64,000 nt of DNA. It comes from Nitrospinaceae bacterium (lineage in GTDB: Bacteria > Nitrospinota > Nitrospinia > Nitrospinales > Nitrospinaceae). Below, in pieces: positions 54,598-63,819 of the stretch (position 1 is its first letter; each line of letters begins with the position of its first letter). Under the pieces are notes generated by a model. It had not been told where the DNA came from and did no database searches. It worked only from the letters and a program-made list of their open reading frames with translations. Location: contig OZ245011.1 of NCBI GenBank assembly GCA_965223665.1, positions 2,912,001 through 2,976,000 of the forward strand, read 5' to 3'. The position numbers and the translations under genes were made by a program.

Positions 54598-55305
54598 TTA
54601 ATTTGACCCCTCTGACTTGATTTTTGTAGCCCCTGCAATGACCAAAGTAATTTCCCCTTTCCATTTTTTAGATTTAGTTTGTTGAATGACTTCTTGCACC
54701 GATCCTCGAATCACTTCTTCATGCATTTTGGTTAATTCACGGGTAACGGCAATTTGTCGTTCTCCAAAAACTTCTGCAATTTCTTCTAGAGTTTTTTGAA
54801 TCCGTTGAGGGGATTCAAAAAGCACGACCGAAGCGGAATGTTGAGCTAAGGTTTCCATTGTTTTTCTTCGTCGTTTTTTTCTCGGCAGAAAACCGGCAAA
54901 AACAAATCGGTCAACCGGAAGACCTGAAACAATCAATGATGCCAAAACCGCTGATGGTCCTGGCAACGGGTAAACCGGAATCCCGTTATTAATTGCTAAT
55001 TGAACTAATTGATATAGTGGATCTGATACCCCGGGTGTACCTGCGTCTGAAACTAAGGCAACATTTTGCCCCTCTAGCAAATTGCGAATTATTACAGGTC
55101 CTTTTTTTATTTGGTTATAACTATTATAACTGGAAAGGGGCGTGGAAATATCATAATGGTTTAATAGAATTCGAGTGCGCCTCGTATCTTCCGCTGCAAT
55201 TAGTTGCACTTCCCTTAAAGTTTCCACGGCGCGATAAGTGATGTCTCCCAGGTTGCCAATGGGAGTACTCACAATAAAAAGCGAGCCCTTTTCATTTTTT
55301 AGCAT
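54598..55305 (-). CDS. rsmI: 16S rRNA C1402 2'-O-methyltransferase
   Basis: TPIGNLGDIT, AEDTR, SDAGTPGVSDP, FESP, RELTKMHEE. Confidence 0.96.
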   Translation of the reverse strand: MLKNEKGSLFIVSTPIGNLGDITYRAVETLREVQLIAAEDTRRTRILLNHYDISTPLSSYNSYNQIKKGPVIIRNLLEGQNVALVSDAGTPGVSDPLYQLVQLAINNGIPVYPLPGPSAVLASLIVSGLPVDRFVFAGFLPRKKRRRKTMETLAQHSASVVLFESPQRIQKTLEEIAEVFGERQIAVTRELTKMHEEVIRGSVQEVIQQTKSKKWKGEITLVIAGATKIKSEGSN

Positions 55306-55444
55306 ACAGGCTAATTTTACAGGGTCCCTGAGCTAAACTCAATAAATTATTGATATAATTAGCGTTATAATTTATTTCACAAAAAAAGGACCTTAAAGCC
55401 AATATCTGCTCGCCAGTCCCTTTTAGGTATTTATTCGATAATAT

Positions 55445-55858
55445 TTAGCCTAATGCTTCTTTTTCCGAGTCTCCCGATTCATCTTTCATCAAATTAATGA
55501 TCTTTTTTTCTTTTGGAACCATGTTACATTGGCCATCCAAAACGGCTCCCACCTCAACGAATAAAGAAGGGGTATTAACGTCACCAATGACTTCGCTATT
55601 AGAATAAATTTCAACACGTGTTGCGGCATTGATAGAACCTTTAATTTTTCCTTTACAAATTACAGTTCCCGCTGTGATATTGGCTTCTAGAACTCCCTTT
55701 TCTCCAACAATTAATGTGTCCTCCGTTTTAACTTCTCCCTCTAAGGTTCCGTCAACTCGAACTGCACCCGCAAAAGTGAGCGATCCTTTAAAAACCGCAT
55801 CTTCACCCATATAGGCTTTTATATCTTTAATATTTTCGTAATCTTTTTTGCTTCCCAT
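55445..55858 (-). CDS. Bactofilin (polymer-forming cytoskeletal protein)
   Basis: FKGSLTF.GAVRVDG..EGEV....IVGEKG..GDV.TPSL.VEVGAVLDGQC; start at MGSKK after a G-rich RBS. Confidence 0.93.
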   Translation of the reverse strand: MGSKKDYENIKDIKAYMGEDAVFKGSLTFAGAVRVDGTLEGEVKTEDTLIVGEKGVLEANITAGTVICKGKIKGSINAATRVEIYSNSEVIGDVNTPSLFVEVGAVLDGQCNMVPKEKKIINLMKDESGDSEKEALG

Positions 55859-55920
55859 AATAAAATTCCCCCCCGCCGACACATTCGGTAGAAAATTTGT
55901 TTCAAATTGTTTTTGGTTAT

Positions 55921-56784
55921 TTATTTACCCATTATAATATCACGAATTCTCGTTAAGTCATCATTAGAATAGTAAGAAATCAATAACTTACCTCCTTTTT
56001 TTGCTGGATGGATGGTTACTTTGGTTCCTACCTTCCTTTCCAATTCGGTTTCTAAAGATTTGATAAAAGCGTCTTTATGGGCAATTGGTGTGGCGGGTTT
56101 TTCCTTTTCGGGTCTCTTTAAGTTTTTTACTAAATTTTCTACCTGTCGCACGTTTAGTGACTGTTTAATTACAGCTAAACGGGCCTCTTCCATTTCTTTT
56201 TCTGTTTCTAAAGCCAAAATTGCCCTTGCATGTCCCATTGTTAATCGGCCGGAAACTAAATCTTCTTTAAAAGAATGAGAAAGTTTTAGTAACCGTAAAT
56301 AATTGGCGATGGTTGCTCGATTTTTTCCTACTTTTTTGGAAATGGCTTCCTGGGTGAGTCCAAATTCATGTGCCAGTTGATGATAGGCTTCTGCTTCTTC
56401 TATCGGATTTAAGTCTGCACGATGAATATTTTCTATAAGGGCTAATTGTAAAGACTCTGTGCTGCTGACTTCCCGAATCACAGCGGGTATTTTTTTTAAT
56501 CCCAGTTTTTTACAAGCACGCCATCGCCTTTCTCCACAAATCAACTCAAATTGGTTTTCTGCTTTTTGAACCACCACGGGTTGGATAATTCCATTTTCTT
56601 TAATGGAATCCACCAATTCCTGAAAAGGCTCATCTTCAAATTGTTTTCTGGGTTGATTGGGGTTGGGTGATATTTCATCGACCAATAATTCAGTAAGTCC
56701 CTCCTTGGCTTCGGTTTCTGTGATTCCCATTTCAAAATCAGGAATCAGGGCGTTGATCCCTTTTCCAAGTGCTTTTCGATTCAC
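55921..56784 (-). CDS. parB: Chromosome partition protein ParB
   Basis: RKALGKG, NPNQPRK, GERRWRA, ENIHRADLNPIEEA, HTH, GHARA. Confidence 0.96.
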   Translation of the reverse strand: MNRKALGKGINALIPDFEMGITETEAKEGLTELLVDEISPNPNQPRKQFEDEPFQELVDSIKENGIIQPVVVQKAENQFELICGERRWRACKKLGLKKIPAVIREVSSTESLQLALIENIHRADLNPIEEAEAYHQLAHEFGLTQEAISKKVGKNRATIANYLRLLKLSHSFKEDLVSGRLTMGHARAILALETEKEMEEARLAVIKQSLNVRQVENLVKNLKRPEKEKPATPIAHKDAFIKSLETELERKVGTKVTIHPAKKGGKLLISYYSNDDLTRIRDIIMGK

Positions 56785-57584
56785 GATGATTGATCCATTA
56801 TGGTTAAAGGTTTATTGAAGGGTTTGGAGCGGGCAATAATTTCTTTGGCTAATTCCACATAAGAGTCTGCTCCACTGGAACGATTGTCGTAAAGAATAAC
56901 CGGCTTTCCATGACTGGGTGCCTCGCTCAAACGAACGTTTCGAGGAATAACTGTTTCAAGAAGATTTTCTTTGAAATATTTTTTAACCTGTTCATGAACT
57001 TGAGCTGCCAAACTGGTACGCTTGTCATACATGGTTAATAGAATGCCTTCTATTTTTAAATCAGGATTGAAGGAATGTTTGACCAACTTGAGAGTTTTCA
57101 TCAAATGGCTCAACCCCTGAAGCGAGTAATATTCGCATTGCATAGGGATTAGTACCGAACGCGACACGTTTAAAGCATTTAAAGTTAGCAATCCTAAAGA
57201 GGGTGGGCAATCTATCATGACAAAGTCATAATAATTTTCTATGCCATTTAGGGCTAATTTTAATTGAGACTCCCGATTCTCCTGACTCACCAATTCAATT
57301 TCGGCTCCGGCCAAATCGACAGTTGCAGGAACCAGCTTCAGAGTTTCGACTTCCGTTTCATGGGTGACTTGATCCAAACTTGTTCTTCCCAAGAGCAAAT
57401 CATAGGTTCCCTTTCCTCCTTCTGGCAAACTCACTCCTAAACCACTGGTTGCGTTGCTTTGAGGGTCCATATCGATTAGAAGAACATTTTTTCCTGTTGT
57501 AGCTAGGCAAGCAGCAAGATTTATGGACGTAGTGGTCTTTCCGACGCCACCTTTTTGATTAGCCACACTAATGATTTTCGCCAT
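56781..57584 (-). CDS. parA: Chromosome partition ATPase ParA (Soj)
   Basis: NQKGGVGKTT, DMDPQSN, DCPPSLG, IPRNVRLSEAPS; start at MAKIIS. Confidence 0.96.
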   Translation of the reverse strand: MAKIISVANQKGGVGKTTTSINLAACLATTGKNVLLIDMDPQSNATSGLGVSLPEGGKGTYDLLLGRTSLDQVTHETEVETLKLVPATVDLAGAEIELVSQENRESQLKLALNGIENYYDFVMIDCPPSLGLLTLNALNVSRSVLIPMQCEYYSLQGLSHLMKTLKLVKHSFNPDLKIEGILLTMYDKRTSLAAQVHEQVKKYFKENLLETVIPRNVRLSEAPSHGKPVILYDNRSSGADSYVELAKEIIARSKPFNKPLTIMDQSS

Positions 57585-57836
57585 AGAATTAATTGGAAGG
57601 GTAAAATAAAAATAAATTATCACAAAAAATGGAACTTTCCAATTCAATTCCCACGGCCCGCGGCCGGTGGGAACTTTTTAGTACCGATGATCGGCAATAA
57701 ACGCCGAACCCTCAGAAACTTTTCCTGAGTTGAACTTGTCTCTAGAGGAAAAGTAAATAATAAGAGGCGATATGTCCCTCCTTATAGAAATTATGGAGCA
57801 AAAATCAATAGATACAAGAGGGAAAGCCGATGTTCG

Positions 57837-58075
57837 CCCTCTTTCCTAAAGAGGGTCGGGGTGATTCACCTTCTGGGATTTTCCATTTTTGTGGTTACGC
57901 AAAGGTCTCTTTCATGAAGGGGGCTGGGGGGATTTTACCTTCAGGAGCTTTATGTTATCTGACTTACGCAAATGTCTCCTTTTTAAAGAGAACCGGGGTG
58001 ATTGATCGCCTGGGGTTTTGAAATTTTTCCAATTATACAAAGGTCTCTTTGGGGATCGACCTTTAGGGTTTATGA
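57837..58075. repeat. Degenerate tandem repeat, 69-bp period, about 3.3 units
   Basis: TTA(C/T)(G/A)CAAA(G/T)GTCTC at 57895, 57964, 58033; each unit also has CTCTTT..AAAG..GGGG.GATT. Confidence 0.8.
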
Positions 58076-58170
58076 GTTAAGGGAAGAAAAATTTTCGAAA
58101 AATTTCAAATAATACCGTTTGCAAGCCAAAACATCTAAAATAAAATATTCCAACCGGCCGGGGGCCGGAT

Positions 58171-58186
58171 TGTTTCACGTGGAACA
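58171..58186. promoter_or_regulatory. parS: parS site
   Basis: TGTTTCACGTGGAACA matches the parS consensus, upstream of parAB. Confidence 0.93.
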
Positions 58187-58242
58187 TTAACTAATTAAAT
58201 TGTGACTGGAAAAGGAAAAATTTATAAAGTTCTTTATTTCAG

Positions 58243-58899
58243 CTACTTTTTTTCGAAAACCAACATAAGCGAGAGTTTGCCCCCTATGTCTTTTATTCGA
58301 TTTTGGCTTTTTAAATGATACTTAGAATGCAAAGAAGTATTTTTTCCTTCACTTTCGATGGATCCTTTTTTGACTACGATAGTTCCGGATGTTTTTAGAA
58401 ATGGATCGGCGAGTTGTAAACACTCTTCCAGTCTCCCTACGGCTCTAAATAATACGCAATCATATTGTCCCTGGTGTTCCGCCAGATTTTGCAATTCCTC
58501 GGATCTTCCTCCATATACATGGGCTTTTTCCATTTCTAATTCCTTAATTACCAATTTTAAGAAATTGACCCTTTTTCTGCGGCTTTCTACTAAAAGTATC
58601 TCAAGGCAGGGAGAAAATATCTTGACAGGAATTCCTGGAAACCCCGGGCCACTACCAATATCCATAACTTTAAAATTTTCCTTTATATAAGGAAGGTATT
58701 GCAAAGAGTCGAAAAAGTGCTTTTCTAAAATGGATTGAACTTCTTTTTCAGACGTTAAATTATAAGTTCGATTCCATTTGCATAAAAGCTCCAGGTATTT
58801 CTGGGTTTGATCAATTATGGATGGGGTTAGATCTATTGGGAGTGATAAATTGGGATGATTTAAAGTAGAAAAAATTTGATCCTTGATGGGGGTCCGCAT
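58243..58899 (-). CDS. rsmG: 16S rRNA m7G527 methyltransferase
   Basis: WNRTYNLT, HFFDSL, DIGSGPGFPGIP, VESRRKRVNFL, FRAV. Confidence 0.95.
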   Translation of the reverse strand: MRTPIKDQIFSTLNHPNLSLPIDLTPSIIDQTQKYLELLCKWNRTYNLTSEKEVQSILEKHFFDSLQYLPYIKENFKVMDIGSGPGFPGIPVKIFSPCLEILLVESRRKRVNFLKLVIKELEMEKAHVYGGRSEELQNLAEHQGQYDCVLFRAVGRLEECLQLADPFLKTSGTIVVKKGSIESEGKNTSLHSKYHLKSQNRIKDIGGKLSLMLVFEKK

Positions 58900-58914
58900 G
58901 GAGAGACGGCCTAT

Positions 58915-59910
58915 TTATTTTCCGATTATTTTTTTTATTTCTTGAGTAAGAGATGGCAAGACTTCTAAAACATCTCCAATAATACCATAATCGCAAACAT
59001 CAAAAATAGGTGCGTTGGAATCACTATTGATTGCAACAATACATCGGGAAGAAGACATGCCTGCCAAATGCTGCACCGCTCCAGAAATCCCACATGCAAT
59101 GTACAAATCTGGGCTAACGGTTCGGCCCGTTTGACCGACCTGGTTGGAATAGTTTCGCCATCCATTATCAACAACGGGACGGCTTGCTCCCACAGCGCCT
59201 CCCACCACTTCCGCTAATTCCTCTAGAAGTTTGAAATTTTCAGGACCCTGCATGCCCATTCCTCCGGAAACTATAATACGTGCTTCAGTGATATCTAATG
59301 TTTTACCCGTTTCCTTTCTGATTTCTTTTAAAATACCCCCCAATTGCGATTCTTGAATATGATCCACCTCAAACTTTTGGATATTAGGAGTAGATCCTGA
59401 GTCCATATCTTCAGTTCGGAAAATATTAGGACGTAGAGTTGCAATATAGGGTCCGTCTCCTTTAAAAACCAAAGTTGAAATGGCTTTTCCAGCATATATG
59501 GGTCGCTTAACTACAAGCCCCTTTGAATCATCATATCCTAATGAAATACAATCCGTCGCTAAACCACAATTTAATTCACCGGACAACCCGGCAGCAAGCT
59601 CTTTACCATGATTAGTGGCTCCCAATAAAATGGCGTATGGATTTCTTTCTTTTATTATTGGAGTAAGAGCAGCAAGGTAAGTTGAGTTGGTAAAAGACTG
59701 TAAGTTTTCATTTTTTAGCTGGATTACCTGGTCTACAGGAAGTTCAGATACTGCCTGATCCAAAGGAGTATCACTTCCACAACACACTACAGCCGTCAAA
59801 GTACTACCCAATTCAGATTTTAGTTTTAACGCTCCTTGAATCGATTCTTTGGAAATTGATTTAATTTCGGAATCACTGTGTTCGATAATGATCCAAATAT
59901 CTTTATTCAT
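58915..59910 (-). CDS. etfA: Electron transfer flavoprotein alpha subunit
   Basis: RPIYAG, IVSGGMG, VGASRPVVD, QVGQTG, GISGAVQHLAGM. Confidence 0.95.
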   Translation of the reverse strand: MNKDIWIIIEHSDSEIKSISKESIQGALKLKSELGSTLTAVVCCGSDTPLDQAVSELPVDQVIQLKNENLQSFTNSTYLAALTPIIKERNPYAILLGATNHGKELAAGLSGELNCGLATDCISLGYDDSKGLVVKRPIYAGKAISTLVFKGDGPYIATLRPNIFRTEDMDSGSTPNIQKFEVDHIQESQLGGILKEIRKETGKTLDITEARIIVSGGMGMQGPENFKLLEELAEVVGGAVGASRPVVDNGWRNYSNQVGQTGRTVSPDLYIACGISGAVQHLAGMSSSRCIVAINSDSNAPIFDVCDYGIIGDVLEVLPSLTQEIKKIIGK

Positions 59911-60019
59911 AGCTAATTTTGAAAGCTGCTTTAACGTTTCGGTTTTTAATTGAGTAGTATTACGCAGGTGAAAAGTTAAATAAAAAAATCTTCTTTTGGA
60001 AAGAATAATTCAATAAAAA

Positions 60020-60035
60020 AGTTCCACGTGGAACA
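60020..60035. promoter_or_regulatory. parS: parS site
   Basis: AGTTCCACGTGGAACA (one mismatch to consensus). Confidence 0.85.
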
Positions 60036-60077
60036 ATTCATATTTGATATAGAATTATCTTAAGGAAAAATTATGGC

Positions 60078-60102
60078 CAGACTGGAGGTAGCCTCCAGTC
60101 TG
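60078..60102 (-). terminator. Hairpin after osmC
   Basis: CAGACTGGAGG-TAG-CCTCCAGTCTG perfect 11-bp stem. Confidence 0.65.
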
Positions 60103-60118
60103 TTCATCAGAAGATTAA

Positions 60119-60547
60119 TTAATTTTTGAGAGTGGCCTTCAAAGAAATTTCAGGACCCGCTAATGCTTTAGAAACAGGGCAACCATTTTTTGCGCCTTCT
60201 GCTTGTTCCTGGAATTTAGCTTCATCTATATCTGGAATACTTGCTTCCATGACTAGATCAATTTTTGTAATGGCAAAACCTCCTTCAACTGCTTCTAAAT
60301 GAGCCGTTGCCGTAGTTTCTACCCAGTTGGGATTGAATCCCGCTTTGCCTAATCCCGCTGAAAACGCCATCGAATAACATCCGGCATGAGCAGCTGCAAT
60401 TAATTCCTCAGGATTCGTCCCGTCACCACTTTCAAATCTTGAAGGAAACGAGTAAGCGCCTTCATAGGCACCGCTTCCTAATTTCATTGTTCCTTTTCCC
60501 TCTTTTAAATTTCCTTCCCATCGAGCACTTGATGATCTTGCTGGCAT
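60119..60547 (-). CDS. osmC: OsmC peroxiredoxin
   Basis: WEGNLKEGKG, GTNPEELIAAAHAGC, CPVSKAL. Confidence 0.95.
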   Translation of the reverse strand: MPARSSSARWEGNLKEGKGTMKLGSGAYEGAYSFPSRFESGDGTNPEELIAAAHAGCYSMAFSAGLGKAGFNPNWVETTATAHLEAVEGGFAITKIDLVMEASIPDIDEAKFQEQAEGAKNGCPVSKALAGPEISLKATLKN

Positions 60548-60817
60548 TTTTTAATTTCCTTTCTATTAAAAATTAGAGAAGGGAATTGGCCCCCCGTCCC
60601 TTTGTTTGATTAATGCTGCTTTATTTAGATGAAAAAACCCGTAAACGGTAGCAAATTGTTTTATCGGTCTCAAGAATAAAGAAACAATATCCATGAAATA
60701 AATAAAGTGCCCATTTAGGCTTATTTTTAATATACGAAGGAATATTTTCTTTGAAAATCGAATATGATAAAGTCGTAAACGCTATTCATTATATAGTTAA
60801 CTCTTGAGTATGATTTT

Positions 60818-62089
60818 ATGAGCCATCAACCCATTATTCAAACTGAATCTGCAAGCCCTTCGCGCATGACTCAGGAGTATCAAGTGCTCCATGAAGTGGC
60901 GAAAACCCTTCAAACAACCGAAGACATAAAAACTATATTAATTAAAGTTCTTCGGGTGATCACTCAGTTTGATGAATTAAAAGTGGAACGCAAAGCAGGC
61001 ATTTTTTTAGCGGATAGAGAAAATAAGGTTCTTCGCCTTTACTGTACCATTGGTGATTTTACTGATGAGTTTTTGGAAAAGGAAAAAGTGATTCCCTTCG
61101 GAGATTGTTTATGCGGTCGGGTCGCAGAAACCGGTCAACTATTGTTGAGCGACAATTGTTTCTCCGACACAAGGCATGAAAGGCGTTTCAAAGAAATGAC
61201 GGCTCATGGACATTACATCATTCCTTTAAAAAGTGGAAATTCTTTAACGGGAGTGCTTTTTCTATATACTGATCCTTCTCCCAATTGGTATTTACACAGC
61301 CAGGAAGTTTTGCTTTCAATTGGTGGTCTGATTGGCAATGCCATTGAGCTGAAAAAATTTGAAACGGAACTCACCGAATACAAAAACCACCTCGAAGAAC
61401 TGGTAAAAAATAAAACTGAAAATTTAATGGAAGTGAATAGTCGATTGCGCAACTTGAGCCAACGGTTACAATCGATGCGAGAAGAAGAAAAAACCCGCAT
61501 TGCCCGAGAAGTGCATGACGAATTGGGTCAGTCTTTAACCACACTGCGGATGGACTTGTTATGTATGGAAAAAGAGTTTGCTCCGGAGCAGGATGCATTT
61601 AAAAAACGTATTCATTCTCAAGTGGAACTCATTGAAGGCACTATTAAATCAGTTCAGCGTATATGCACAGAATTGCGACCCCAAATTTTGGATGTCTTTG
61701 GGTTTTGTGATGCTTTGGCCTGGCAGGCCAAAGAATATGAAAAACGAACGAATCTTATTTTTGATTTAGCCTGTTTGGACAAACCTGTAGAATTGGACAG
61801 GGAACTGACCACTGCCTTGTTCCGGATTTTCCAGGAAACGATCACCAATGTGCTGCGTCACTCCAATGCAACTAAGGTGAACGTTTCTTTTGAGAACAAG
61901 GACAATCAACTCATTCTGAAAATCAAGGATAATGGCAAAGGTATTTCCCAGGAGAAAATCAATGACCCGGAATCCATTGGACTTTTAGGTATGCGTGAGC
62001 GAATTCAATTTTGGGATGGAAATGTTTCCATTCAGGGCGAACCGAATGTTGGAACTTCAGTAACCGTCACCATTCCCTGGACGATTTAA
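60818..62089 (+). CDS. GAF-domain sensor kinase (HisKA_3, NarX/UhpB type)
   Basis: GAF with CLCG/NC/HGHY; RIAREVHDELGQ, QETITNVLRHS, GLLGMRER. Confidence 0.92.
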   Translation: MSHQPIIQTESASPSRMTQEYQVLHEVAKTLQTTEDIKTILIKVLRVITQFDELKVERKAGIFLADRENKVLRLYCTIGDFTDEFLEKEKVIPFGDCLCGRVAETGQLLLSDNCFSDTRHERRFKEMTAHGHYIIPLKSGNSLTGVLFLYTDPSPNWYLHSQEVLLSIGGLIGNAIELKKFETELTEYKNHLEELVKNKTENLMEVNSRLRNLSQRLQSMREEEKTRIAREVHDELGQSLTTLRMDLLCMEKEFAPEQDAFKKRIHSQVELIEGTIKSVQRICTELRPQILDVFGFCDALAWQAKEYEKRTNLIFDLACLDKPVELDRELTTALFRIFQETITNVLRHSNATKVNVSFENKDNQLILKIKDNGKGISQEKINDPESIGLLGMRERIQFWDGNVSIQGEPNVGTSVTVTIPWTI

Positions 62090-62742
62090 TGACGAAATCA
62101 TCCGGAAAAATAAAAATACTCGTTGCCGATGATCATGCCATTGCCCGCCAGGGAGTACGCATGATTATTTCGCAAGCGTCAGATATGGAAATCGTTGGAG
62201 AAGCTGAAAACGGAAACGACGCGCTCAGGCAAATTCAAAAACTGAATGTCGATGTCTTGATCATGGATATTGAAATGCCGGAAAAAAGCGGATGGGATGC
62301 GCTCCTCGAAATAAAATCCATTAAACCCAAGTTACCCGTTCTGATTTTAAGTATTTTTCCTGAAGATCATTATGGCACCCGATTCCTCAAGGCGGGGGCA
62401 GCGGGATATCTTTCGAAAGCGAGTACTCCTGATGAAGTTGTTGAAGCGATCCGGCGCGTGCATCGTGGCGGAAAGTACGTCAGTCAAAACCTGGCCGAAA
62501 AATTAGTGACTGACCTCACCCATGATACCGACAAACCGTTGCATGAAACCCTGTCCGACCGCGAGTTCCAGGTGTTTCAATTGATCGCCTCTGGAAAAAA
62601 ACTTTCAGAAATTGCCGACCAATTGGCGTTGGGGGTGACCACGGTCAGTTCTTACCGCTCTCGCATTTTCGAAAAAATGAATTTCAAAACCAATACCGAC
62701 CTCATCCACTACGCCCTGCAAAATAAATTGATTTCTCATTAA
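62089..62742 (+). CDS. NarL/UvrY-family response regulator
   Basis: ADDHAIARQG, MDIEMP, LSDREFQV LuxR HTH; start overlaps the kinase stop (TAATG). Confidence 0.93.
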   Translation: MTKSSGKIKILVADDHAIARQGVRMIISQASDMEIVGEAENGNDALRQIQKLNVDVLIMDIEMPEKSGWDALLEIKSIKPKLPVLILSIFPEDHYGTRFLKAGAAGYLSKASTPDEVVEAIRRVHRGGKYVSQNLAEKLVTDLTHDTDKPLHETLSDREFQVFQLIASGKKLSEIADQLALGVTTVSSYRSRIFEKMNFKTNTDLIHYALQNKLISH

Positions 62743-62936
62743 ATCTCTTTTCTAGACCGAGCACTACCGAATAAACTGACTACCTACCGCTATTTTTTGC
62801 CATTTTCCACGGAAACTTAGGACACTCTTGAAAAGATTTTGTAAATTAAGCATCCTTACCCACTTGTTGAACGTTCATATTGCCCCATGTAGTGAGTGAG
62901 CCATCGCAAAATGAATTCTACCTCAGGCGGTTCACC

Positions 62937-62998
62937 TGTCGTAAAAATACGGCAAATGATTCAGGAAATTACGGCATAAAAATCCCAATTCCTACGAT
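62937..62998. promoter_or_regulatory. Putative NarL/GacA-type operator array (copy B)
   Basis: TGTCGTAAAAATACGGCA palindrome, second TACGGCA half-site, AATTCCTACGAT. Confidence 0.55.
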
Positions 62999-63083
62999 TT
63001 GATGGTTCTTTCTGTTTTTGTAATCTAGCTCTCGTAGACAAACAATTAAGGAAACTTATTAACTATATTAAATCGAGGGCACC

Positions 63084-63632
63084 ATGAAATTGACGAAATC
63101 ATTAATCACCACATTGGCATTTACATTTTTAATCTTAATTTCGGTTGGGCGAGCATTTGGGGATGAAACTCCGCCTCCCAATCCTCTAGCCGGTTACACG
63201 ATTCATGTAACGGCGCCACATATGTTGAACGGAGAAGTGTCTGGACCGCATCATCATTATTGTAAACCCATTAATGATGACATTATTCAGTGCGTTCTGT
63301 TTGACTCGACGGATCCCAATGCTCGTTTGACCGAGGTTGAATATTTTGTTTCGAAGGATTTAGTGAGAAAAGTGATTCCGAAGTGGTCTCATAAAAAAAA
63401 TTGGCACGACCATGCGGAAGAAATTGCAACGGGACGGGTAGCAATTTTGAATCCCATGGATGCGGAGTCACAAAAGAAATTGGCGGAATATGTTGGCAAA
63501 ACAGACGGTATTATTTTCCACTTGTGGCCGGATGGTGCCCCGATTCCGGACGGCACAGTGGACATTGCCCAATCTGTGGGTCATTGGGAAGCAACCCATG
63601 GCAAGGTGGAGACCGCCAACTCTGCTAAGTAA
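63084..63632 (+). CDS. Secreted DUF1264/OBAP-like protein
   Basis: Signal peptide; HHYC, QCVLFDS..PNARL..VEY, WHDH. Confidence 0.75.
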   Translation: MKLTKSLITTLAFTFLILISVGRAFGDETPPPNPLAGYTIHVTAPHMLNGEVSGPHHHYCKPINDDIIQCVLFDSTDPNARLTEVEYFVSKDLVRKVIPKWSHKKNWHDHAEEIATGRVAILNPMDAESQKKLAEYVGKTDGIIFHLWPDGAPIPDGTVDIAQSVGHWEATHGKVETANSAK

Positions 63633-63681
63633 ACCATGTTTTCCTCCCCCAATACCCTTTGGGTGATGGGGCTTAGCCCGT

Positions 63682-63757
63682 AGGTGATAGGTTAGTGCCA
63701 GGATGGAAAGTGAATTTATTCCCAGATTCTGGTGCTAACCTGTTGCCTGTTTTTTTT
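63682..63757 (+). terminator. Long RNA hairpin with U-tract
   Basis: 22-bp stem (63682-63703 with 63727-63748) followed by T8. Confidence 0.7.
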
Positions 63758-63819
63758 AGGAGATGAGTTGGTTGTAAGGAAAATGGAAGTGAAGATAAAA
63801 TTTTTTCCGGTTATGAAGC

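Noticed and set aside
54598-55305. rsmI as a functional part of the ATPase-bactofilin-transpeptidase module
   Set aside because: It is an ordinary housekeeping methyltransferase; adjacency alone gives no functional link.
57830-58075. CRISPR array, or a real 63-aa protein, at the 69-bp repeat
   Set aside because: The would-be spacers resemble each other, the repeats are degenerate and no cas genes are present; the ORF merely reflects the 69-bp (3n) period.
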